From contig OY253668.1 in the NCBI GenBank assembly GCA_958009085.1, positions 248,001 through 312,000 of the forward strand: a stretch of DNA of 64,000 nucleotides. The letters are read 5' to 3'. The notes beneath the pieces were generated by a model. It ran no database searches and was not told where the DNA came from. It saw nothing but the letters and a program-made list of their open reading frames with translations. Each line of letters starts with the position of its first letter. The first letter of the stretch is position 1. Source of the DNA: Protoeuglena noctilucae (taxonomy: Eukaryota). This document shows, one piece after another, positions 12,064-22,581 of the stretch. The position numbers were made by a program, and so were the translations under genes.

Positions 12064-14662
12064 TCACAATGCGTCCTGGTCCCATGGCAGTGACGTGAGC
12101 CTCAGGCGCTGGATCCCAGTCCAAGCGGACAGGACGATGCCGTACTTGCCGACTTCTTCGAAATTAGGCCCCTCCCTGTGCGTCAGCGTGGGAGCGATCC
12201 ATGAAACGGCCTCTCGACCCAGTCGCCCAACCCACGTGCCAGGCAGCTGTCCTTGCCTTGGGACTGTGCCAGAGTCCGCCGCATTGGTGGATAGCCCGGG
12301 GGTGGCATCAGCGAGGAAGCGCCAGCCAATGGGGCTCCCGCACACCGCACACCGCACGTCGCACACTCTCATCGGGCCCTGCGACGGGCGCCGAGGGGCT
12401 TTGCAATCGTCGGTGCTTGGGAAACGCATCACGGCATGTCCACAGCCATGCCCCCCATGCGCAACGCACCTGGATGCAGTCGACGTTGTAGCTCTCGCCC
12501 TCCTCGACGCTCCTTGGCAACAGGGACTGGACCAAGTACGCAGTCTCCAGCGCAGAACTGCCGGCGCCGGGGGCAGGGGTCTCGCCATCCCAAGGGACCA
12601 CCGGCTCTTTGATGCGCCACACGTGTCTCGTGCTGCAAAGAGGGAAGCACGTCGGTGGGCGCGGCCCGTGTGAAAAAGCGACGCGGGCGCCAGGCAATGT
12701 GTCACTTGGAAATGCTGGCTCCGAGGAACAGGGGGTTGCCGCACCCGCCACCCCGGAAGGCTGGGTCGGTGGACCGGGACCCGAAGCACCGTGCCACCGC
12801 CGGGAGCAGGGTGCGTGCGGTCGCATCGTAGAAGGCCGGCACCGGGTGGCCGCAACCGGCGAGATCCGCCATGTCCGCACGCAGCTGCGGTGGGTGGGCA
12901 CAGGTTCATTGTTCGCAGCCACACCGTGGCAGCTGTCGCGAACAGAGACACGCGCCGTCATGGCCCAAGCTTCCAACCAGGAAATTTCCTCGCCTGCTGG
13001 ACGCCGCGGAAAGGCGCCAGGTACATCTGCACGTGCTGAGCGATGGAGGCCGCCTCTGCCAGCTCTGCCGCGCCACCCTGGGCGCGCCGCATTGCGGCGG
13101 CATACGCCCCCTCGCGCCACGACATGCGGCGCAAGTCGAGCCTCCCGACCGCAGACGGCGCTGAGGGCATCGGGGCTGCCGTGCCTGGCCCCGTCTCGCC
13201 CCCCGTACCCGTAGCAAGGCTTTCAGGCTCAGCCTGACCACTTGCCCGTGAGACCCCCTGCTCCCCACCTCCAGCGGAGCTCTGCCATTCGTCCATCATC
13301 GCGTGGAGCAACGCAACTTCCTGAGGAAACGGGTCCCCCGGCTGCCATAACCCGCGCAGGCGCTCGTAAGCCGCAGCCTCGGTGCCCTCTGTCGCCGCGT
13401 CCCATGACACTCCCGGCACGGTCGGTGGCCCCATCGTCTCCTCGGCCTCCTGCCAGGACCACCCTACCCGGCGCGTCCGGTCTGCGTCCCATGTGCCCGA
13501 CTGTAGACCGGTCGGACAGCCTGGGGATGATTGGGCAGCCCGGGCACGTGACTTGCCCAGTGACTCGCCCAGAGCCATCATGGCAGCGACCTGGCGAAAC
13601 AGCAGGGCTTGGTGGGCAGCTACCACGTCGTAATTTGTCTGGCTCCGGTCCATGCAGGCTTTCACGGGCCGAGAGGAGAGGGACGGTGGGCTGGCCACCA
13701 CCGCGCTGAACGGGCGCCAGACCCTTGCCGCCCTGGTCGCGAGCCTATCCACGGTGACGCACGTCCACCTGCGTGGCTCCATGCTCCACCTGCAGCGGCA
13801 CGCGAGGTCTGGCGATGCGTGCAGGGCCCCTCCCAGTGTGCGTGTGCATCACCTGCCATGGCTCTCGCACCTGTGGCACACCTCCTGACCGTCCACCCGG
13901 CGCACGATCAGCGCATTCTCGTCCAAGATCGACTTGTCATGAATCCGCTCCGCTGCCTCCGCTGTCTCGTCGTCGAAAACCACCGAAGGGTCCTCAAGGC
14001 AGACGTGCAGCTGGAAGCCCAAGAGCACGCGGCAGTGGCGGCAGCGCACGCGGCGGCTGCCCAGGACTGGCGTTCCGTCGTCCGCGCGGCGATCGCGGAG
14101 GGCCACGAACTTGTTAGAGTGCCTCATGAGGGCGACGAGCTGGTTTGAAGCAACGTGCATGAGGGAATCGAGGACGAAGGAGCCCACAGGCGCGGAGATG
14201 GGGGCCGTCCACGCAGTCTCTGCCAACGTCGTCTCTCCCCGCGCGCCTCTCTCGACCATCCTTGCGACCTGCCGCACGTGCTCGTCCAACAAACCCTCGC
14301 CGTCTCGCAGCCCATCCGTTCGGGGCTCCCCGGCGCGACCTGGCTTGGGCGCCGGCTGCGGGACGCATGACAGGGGCATCAAGCCCTTCCCACACGCACG
14401 GCAGCCGATATCTCGCGCGGAAAGCCGAGCGAGGGGGCGGAAACTCCTCGCGCACGCCGAGAGCCCCAGCACGTCGCGGCAGTCCGGCAGTCGCAGCGCG
14501 ATGGCCTCCAGCATGTCTGCGGGTTGAATGTATGGGCTAACCCCGTCACGGGGGGTCCCACCCGCGCTGCGACAGCGCACATTCGCCGTAACAACCTTGG
14601 GGAAGGTCGTCGAGCTGAGGCATTCCGTCAAACAGCTGCTTGGCTGAGGATCCGCTGTCCAT
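12064..14662 (-). CDS. F-box protein with two Yippee/Mis18/CULT-like zinc-binding domains (multi-exon)
   Basis: Exon1+2 junction gives LDDLPQDMLEAIALRLPDCRDVLGLSACARSFR (F-box). Then CRACGKGL...VRCRHCRVLLGFQL and C...GCGNPLF...VCDVRCAVCGSPIGWRF...EVGKYGIV (Yippee-like). Confidence 0.7.
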
Positions 14663-14795
14663 GGTTTCGTTGCTTCAGTGCCTCTTCAAGTCCAGGGACA
14701 AAATGCTCTGGAACTGCGAACGCTCGCTCGCCGACCGATGGCATCGAGGACATATCCCTAGCGCAAGAAGCACGGGACACAACGGGCAGCAACAG

Positions 14796-15586
14796 CTAGG
14801 ACGTAGTCTTTGCCTGCATTTCGTCGTAACGCTTGAGAAGGGACTCCATTTTGTCCTGTGAGAAGGCAGTGAGAAGCATAGTTCCGGCAAGCGTTTGCCC
14901 TGGGATGCTGCTGGTCACTGTGACTGGGCAAAGCAGCGGCGGAGACGGGAGCTCGAGGGACTCACCAGCTGCTCCTGCTTGTCTGCCATCGCCTTCTCCA
15001 GCTGGCCGAGCAAATCCGCGCACAGCGACCTCTCCCTCTCATCCGTCGTGGCCGCCATGCGGGCCAGAGCCCCCTCCCGTTCCGCAGTGTACGCCGTGAT
15101 CTTGGCGCGGCAGCTCTCCGCGCACCGCCTGGCCTTCGCTTTCCTCTGCTCTGCCAGTGCCGCGCTGTCCACCGGCGCCGCAGCGTCGCTGCCGGGGCCC
15201 GAGTCATCCACGGGGACCCCGTGCCTGTATGTGATGCATCCCCTGCCGCAGCAATCCGCGCACGTCGACTCCAGCCTGCGGAACCCGTAGATTTCCACAA
15301 ACTGGCCCGTGCCTTCGCATTTCGCGCAGACCTTCACCTCCACGCCCTCTGCACGAGTGCGGACCCTGCAGGCGCAAGGCAGACGCTGTGAAGAGGGGAT
15401 GTGGAGTGACGAATGACGGTTGAACGTGCCATCCCCCTGCGCTCGCCTGTCCGTGGAGCCCGACGCCTCCGCCCCAAGCTGTGCCCGCGAAAGCGTCGCG
15501 GCGCCGATATCGGAGAGCTGCGAAGGGAGCGACTGGATGTTTTCAGGGCCAAATTCCTGGCCCATCGCGACCAAATTTAGAGCCAT
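14796..15586 (-). CDS. DnaJ-type zinc-finger (CxxCxGxG pair) plus coiled-coil protein
   Basis: VCAKCEGTG...TCADCCGRG motif pair and a helical C-terminus. Last exon DKMESLLKRYDEMQAKTTS* follows a GT-AG intron. Confidence 0.65.
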
Positions 15587-15993
15587 GTGCCTAGCTCACC
15601 CCGCCCTCCGTGCTGCCCCCGCCCATGTACTTGGCGCGGAGTCTCTCTACAAGCTCCCTGTCTGCGCTGTTGGTGAGGCCGGTATCCTCGATGGCGGAGG
15701 ACATTTTGGTTTGGTGAAGCAGGCTGAGAGCCGATTCAATCGCAGAAACCGCAATGCTAGTAGGCAGATGCGGCAACGAAGCTTGCATTGGCGAGGGCGA
15801 ATGCTCGGACGCGCGCTGAATCATGATGGAGCCACGCTGCTGGAAGAAGGTGCAGGAATAGGTGCAGGGACCTCCACCGTCTCGTTCGTCGCCCGTCGCG
15901 CCCATGCCGAGGCTACAGCTTGTTCCAGACATTGCGAGATTGCGGTTGCTGTGTTTCCTTGCGCTCCTGGGGGGCAAGCCCTCTCGTGAAAAC

Positions 15994-17661
15994 ATGGAGG
16001 ACTCCGATGCTCTCGCGGGTGCGTCTGGGGCTGAGACTGCCGAGGAGGGCCAGAGGGGTCAGCTGGGGGAGGAGGAGGACGTTTTGGCCGGCGCCTTTCG
16101 CAACTTTGGGACCTTCTTCAGGTGGGACGAACATCGGAATTTTAGCTCGGACTCAACCTCGATCTTATCTCACACGCGCTCCGCGTCGTCCTCTCCCAGC
16201 GGCGGTGGGCTGTGGCGAGCTGCTGCGCGGGCCCAGGAGGCCGTTCAGGAGGTCACGGCCTCGTTCCAGCGGACGAACTGGGCCCAGGAAATCCGAGAGT
16301 TCCAGAGCGGCATTTTCGCCGAGGCGGCTGAGGATGCGCGCGCCCTCAGGTGGGCTCTCACGCTCTCGTGGCGTGCCTCGGAGGCTCCCACGCTCCGGCG
16401 CGCTGCGCCTGGCCCCGACGTATCCCCTGCGCACCTGTCTTGCCCTCGCAGTGAGGTCGTGCAGAGCCAGCACCTGCAGGAGCGCTCCCGCGAAGCGCTG
16501 CGGGCGGCGCGCGAGCGGTCGGCGCAGCTGGCGGCGCAGCTGGAGGCGGCCAACCCCGAGCTGTCGGGCGCGCTGAGGGGCGCGGGGCAGTCCCTGGCAC
16601 GCTTCGCCGGGAGCATCGTGGAACGTTCGCGCAAGTTCGCCGAAGCGGTCGTTCAAGAGGCGCTCCTCGTCACGCCAGGGCCCACCGGCCGCGCTGGGGC
16701 GGGGGACAGCATGCAGACACGCGGGGACGTGTGTGCAGTGCAGCGCGACTCGAGGTGCGCGGCGCGGGAGCGGGATGGGTCGCCCAATAGTCCTGAGCGC
16801 CGGGTTTCCCGCGCCCAGCAATGCACCCGCGTGCAGCGATGCGCCCACGTCACGTTTGGCCCGCAGCACGTATTTGGAGGACCCGCCGCACCCGGGCTAC
16901 GCCGCCTGGCGCGCCCGGTTCGACGTGGGGTCCCGCGATGCGGAGATCGCGGCGCTGCTGGCGGAGGATGCGTTCATGAGGGACCTCCTCTCTCGCTTGG
17001 TGCCGGCCGTGGTGTCCAGTGAGGACTTTTGGGCGCGTTACTTCTTCCGTGTCGATGCGATGCTGCGGGGCGGGGACGCTGGGGACGGCGGGGACGACGG
17101 CGACCGGGGCAGCTCGGGTGCGCAAGCGGGGGCGTTGGCAGGGAGCGAGGCAGGGGAGCGCGCCCGGGCTGACACCGCGGCCGGGGCAGGCGCTGGGGGG
17201 GGCGCAGTTGCGGGTCAAGTTCACGAAACCGACGGCGTCGGGGCGCCCGGGACGGCGGAGCGGCGTGAGGGTGGCAGTGCATCCGAGGCGCCAGCGGACT
17301 GGAGCAGGTGACGATGCGGATGGGGCAGATGGTCCTGGCCCTGTCGTGGGCGTCGCTGTGTTGCGCTGGGTGTTGGTGAATCAGTGGGCGGACTCCGCAA
17401 ACTGCTTTGTTCTTTGAGAACCCACCTCTCGTGTGGCACGCGTGCAGGGCCAAGGAGGGCGGGTCGGGTGTGGAGGCGGCGGCTCCTGCGGTGCAAGACG
17501 ACGCTCCTGCGGAGGCGAGAAAGGAGAGCGCGGGCGCCGGGTCCGGGGCGTCAGATGTGCCGGAGAAACTCCTGGCTGAGGACGACGATTGGCTGGATGG
17601 GGACGATGGGGCTGGTGACCCGGGCGGGGAGGTGGACGAGGACTGGGCGGACTGGGAGTGA
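15994..17661 (+). CDS. BSD domain-containing protein
   Basis: TYLEDPPHPGYAAWRARFDV...EIAALLAEDAFMRDLLSRLVPAVVSSEDFWARYFFRV is a BSD signature; the acidic terminus DEDWADWE* is typical of the family. Confidence 0.85.
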
Positions 17662-17897
17662 CAGCGCTTTCCGCTGGGAGTGGAGACGGTTCGAGGAGAG
17701 CATTGCTGGGCTCAGCTGGGCTCAGGCAGCGTGCAACGCCAGACTGACGTAGCAGGCCGTCCCATCCCTCGCGCCACGCGCCCTTTCTTGCGCATTTCTT
17801 GCAGCATTCGCGTCTTCCTTGGGTGCATGTCCTGCTTGAATCCATCAGTCCTCGAAGACACGCGAACTTTGCAAGCGGAGCGCGGGCCTGCCTGCAA

Positions 17898-20772
17898 ATG
17901 ACCGGGCAGGACGTGGCCGCGCTCCTCGCGCAGGCGTTCGACCTGCTCCGCGTAGATGACCCCGTCCAGACGCCTTACAAATCCAAATATGAGGCGGCGG
18001 AGCTGTGCAAGGAATGCCACCGCATCTGCATCGCTGCGGCGCGGACCCCCACCGAGGAACTGGCCGCTGCGCTTGTCCTGTGCCAATCGGGGCTCATCCT
18101 GATGTACACGGATCTGGGATCCGAAGGGAAGGCGCTCCTGATGAAGGGCATTCCCGTGGTGGAGGGGAGCGGGCGCTTCTTCCCGGCTTTTCTCCAGGTG
18201 CACTGCGGGCCCGCCCGGCATGTCTGTCGATAGATGCACACCGACGCGACTTGTGCAGCGCCCGCGCAGGAGATTTACAACGTGGTGGGCGTGCGGTACG
18301 CCGACATGGGCGAGCAGGACGACGCGCGGGCCCTCCTGGGCAAGGCAGAGCGCCTGTACGCAGGAGGTGCCACAGAGCCGTCCACAGCTGGTGCAGTGAG
18401 CGCACCGGGTGACGAGAGTGAGGTCACTTGCATCGCCTGACGGTGCGAGCGCACGCCGGGGCACGGCATCCACCGCGAAACGCCGCCCTATCGCATCCCC
18501 GCAGCTGTTCCGAGCGACGTGTGGGGCGTCATCAGCTTGATGCGTGACGCCTTCGGCCGCCCCTCGATCCGCCAGTACACCAGCACCGTCCTGGCGTTGA
18601 GTCAGATCCACCAGCTCAGCGGGGACAGTGCCGCGTCTGCCAGATACTCGTGAGCCGCTGTTCGCTCGCCCCACGCAATGCACGCGCACATGCACACCCG
18701 CCCGGAGCCACGCCTGCTGACCATCGCAGTTGCCTCGTGCCTGCAGGGCACTCACTCTGAAAGCGCAGCTGTCCCTGGCGGAGTGCGAGGGGTCGTGCGC
18801 GGCGGAGCTGTGCGGCAGCCAGTGGCTGGAGCACTGCTCGGCCCTGGCGTCCTTTTTCGCCGACGAGGGGCGCTTCTCGCAGGCGGCGCGGTGCCTGCGG
18901 GCCTGCGACGCCATGGCAGCCAAGATGGCAGCAGAGGGCGCCCCGGTTGACGGAGAGGTGCTGGTGAGGGGCGTTTCGCGGTCACTCAGGCAAAGGTAGC
19001 GGGCGAGGCAGACGTGCTTTGCCAGCCATGCACACCATCGCTTGGCGGCCAGATGACTGGTTCTGCGAGCATATCAATGCATTTGCCTGCTATCTCGCAG
19101 GCCTTTGTCAGCCTGGCTTGGTGCGAAATGCTGGCCCGGCAGCTGGAGGCGTCAGTCGAGTCAGGAACTCAATTGGAGCAGCCCACAGGCGACCAGGGCA
19201 CCGGGGCAGTGGTTGGGCACGATGCCGGGGGTGGCGGTGAGGGTGCGGCGAAGGACGGCGATGCTGGGGCGGGGAGCGAGGGGCGGGAGGGAACGAGAGG
19301 TGATGGTGATGGTGAGGAGAGCGGGTGCGGAGCTGACGGATTGGTGGGCAGGTTGGATCGACTGGCGATTTCTGGAGACAGATCGTCGGGTGGCAGTGGG
19401 GTGGAGGGGCGGGGCGATGCGGGCGAGGCGGGCGGTGGGGCGAGGGACGAAGAGGGCAGGGTTGCTGGGCAAGGTGCGGATGAGACGACTGGGGGCGATG
19501 GGGGACGGCACGAGGTTGGCGTCGAGCCAAGGGTCGGTGGAGAGGACATGCTGGACCTCGTGTCGTTTCCGGCGCTGCGCCAGTACATGCCAGAGGAGGC
19601 GGGGGCGGAGGTCGCGGGGACGCTGCGGACGTTTGAGGAGGCGCGGGGGGCACTGAACCACGCGATGCGGCGGGCGGGAGACGCTCTGCGGCACTTCACG
19701 CTGGACGGTCACGTGACTGAGCACTTCCGGGCGCAAATGGTCATGAGCAACCTGTACCGGCTGCTGGCTCGCATGGAGCCGGACACGGGGCGCCGCGCGG
19801 CCATGCACCGCCGCCGCATCGCGGCCGTTGGGGGCGTGCTCAGCGGTCTGAGCAGCGCACACTTCCCAGGCGAGGCGAGGGTGGGATTGCAAGCAAGCAG
19901 GCACAGGCAGACTATTGCGTGTTGGCAAGGCCATCATTGTTCACCATATAAGGCCCGCAGGGATATTCAAAAGCTGCCATCTCGAGCTCGCCAACTGCCA
20001 CGCGGCCATCGTGCGGTGCATGGCGCGAGGCAGCCCCCCCGCCGCTCACCACGCGCGGGCCAGCGCCGAGCACATGGCTTCATACCTGCAGTTCACGACC
20101 CAAGGCCGGTGAGTGGGATCAGGGATATGTGGGAATAGATGCGAAAGGTACCGTTATCGTCATCCCTCAGCTTCGCACAGAGATGGGTGCCTTACTAGGT
20201 GTCGTCCGACCTTAGACACGAGGACACGGCATGGCGTTCGTGCTTCGTGCTGCAGGTTGGACGAGCGGGTCGAAGAGTCGGACGAGGAGCGGGTGTTGCG
20301 CGCTCACATGGACTTGGGGCTGATGCTGGAGCATACAGAGACCGAGCCTTTGAGGAAGGCGGCGCAGATGAGGGCCGGGTGAGGAAGCAAGGCGATGTGT
20401 CTATTGCTGGCGATGGCGTGGACGGTGACAGGTGTCCTTTGTGCTGCTGACACCCTCCGGGGTGGAGGTGGCTCTTGATGATGCCGGACGACACAGGGAC
20501 ACAGTTCTTCGTGCTATGCTGTGGCTGACTGCTGGGTAGAGGTTGCATTTGATGCCTGATGACACAGGTGTGGACAGGGTCACGGCCCCCGTCGTGCTGT
20601 GTGGCGCAGAGCCCAGTCGCTGCGGTGGGTGGTGGCCTACACGGAGAGGTTCGGGGTCGCAGGCACGGAGGAGGAGGTGGGCCTGTGCCGGCAGATGGCG
20701 GGGCTGCTGGAGCAGAATGCGCAGTTGCTCGAGCAGCACGCCCAAGCGGGGACGGACGCCGCCCCTGGGTAG
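17898..20772 (+). CDS. KIFBP: KIF-binding protein (KBP/KIFBP) homologue
   Basis: DDPVQTPYKSKYEAAEL; TLTLKAQLS...WLEHCSALASFF; FTLDGHVTEH...SNLYRLLARMEPDTGRRAAMHRRRI; EEEVGLCRQMAGLL. These match the KBP_C pattern. Confidence 0.85.
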
Positions 20773-21014
20773 CAGCGCGATGGGCAGCAGACGAAGTGCG
20801 AGCAGGACTCGGCACTTGTGACACACAAGCGCTCTGCTGCGATGGGAATCCTTTAACACGTACTAGTTCACGCTATCACGGAGGGTGCGTCACAACAAAA
20901 GTGCGATGCCAAATTCGTCAGAATGGTACATCTCGCCAGCCATCGTGCTGCAGCAATGCCAGCTGCAGCAATGCCAGAAAGGGACACAGGCGCAAGGGCG
21001 CCTGGTACATGCCG

Positions 21015-22297
21015 TCATGCGCGAGCCGCGTTGCTCGAAGCGCTCGGTCCCCTGCGGCCCCTCAGGAGGGGCAGGCACGCTCCCCGGCCGCCGTCGCCCC
21101 CGCTGGCACCGCTGGGAACCACGATCCCAGTCTCAGTGACGACCTCCGCTTGGTCAACCGCGCCAGTGGTGACCGTGCGCGCCAGTGACTCTTTGCGCCG
21201 GATGGAGTTGTAGTGGATGGGGGCGATGTAGGCGAGGAACACGTCGGTGCTCTCCTTGAGCTGGGGGGGGCAAGGGACCCAGCACTGTGGAGCGCCTTGT
21301 GCGCCAAAAGCGTCATGATGTCTCTTATCGTACCCGACAGCCACTCTGCCGCACAGCCACCCACCTCCTCGTGGCTTGGCAGATACTGCAAATACCAATT
21401 CCTAAAATCTGAAGTGATGACGTTGATCACCAAGCCCAGGGCATCGGAGAGCGCGCGCAGGGTCAGCTCGTCGCCCCAGGTGCCGTCCCGCGCCATGCTC
21501 TCAAGATACGCGTCTGCGGGCGGTGTCTCAGCGATTGCTGGCGCGTAAAGGGCCGCAGCAGAGCGAACGTGCTGCGAGTCCGTCATTTCACGGACGTCCG
21601 TCATTTCATCTCACCAAAGTCCTCCCCAAGAAAGCACTCAAAGGCTTCCCTGTGTTCCCGCATCCAATCGACCGCCAGCGCCCGCAGCTGGGGGTGCTGG
21701 GAGGCGTCCCCGCAAGTCGCGGTGCTCAGAGCGCGGAACTGACAGTTCCCATCGCCGATCATGACCACCATCTCCAGCTCCAGGCGCTCCAGGCGCTTGT
21801 TCAGGCGACGCTCGTGCGACACGGACACGTCCGCATCGTCCCGGCTCCGCTCCGAGATGAGGTTACGCTCTGCGGCAACGGGATTGCGGGATTGCAAAGA
21901 ATGCTTAATATTGCAACAAGTAGTGTCATCGGTGCGGACTGCGGGGGTTCCACGCACCTAAATTCTTCCTGGAAAGCGACCATGTCAGTCCCTTGGGCGC
22001 TCGGACGCTCGTGACCTTCTTGAGCACCGGTCGGGACTCGGCGTGCTTGTGCGTGAGATTCACGCGTGCCTCGTCGATCACGTCCAGGCGCACGGGCCTT
22101 ATTTGCGTCGTCAGCTTCCGCACGAGCGCTCGCCCCTCGTCACGCCCGCTCTGCGACGCGGAAAGCATGGCGTGAGAGCCTGGACCCTGCCATGTGCGCG
22201 TTGGAGAGAGCGAGGGCGCACCTGGAGTCGCTGCAGCGTCGATTGGCGGTACATGGCCCGCCGCGCCTCTGTCCTCCGAGGTCGCCCTGCTACTCAT
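21015..22297 (-). CDS. OTU-family deubiquitinase (plant OTU9-12-like)
   Basis: IGDGNCQFRALS (Cys box); YLESMARDGTWGDELTLRALSD; VFLAYIAPIHYNSI (His box). Confidence 0.92.
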
Positions 22298-22581
22298 CGC
22301 GCAGCCATATCCGCGCCCATGCACGCCGTGCTGGAAGAGGCGCACCACCCAGGGACAGGTTATCGGGTTCTCCCCAGTTTCAACGCGTCACATGTCTCGT
22401 CAGCCAAACTCCACTGTCAGAGAAACGCCAGCGACCTGCCCTGCTGTCAAGGGTTCTACCCTCTGCCACTGCAGCACAGCTGCCCCGTTCTAGGTGTACC
22501 CCAGACGTCTGGAACAGAACCCGTATCACCTGCCCTACTAACACCCTACATGACAACACGAGCCACGAACCAAGCGAGCCG

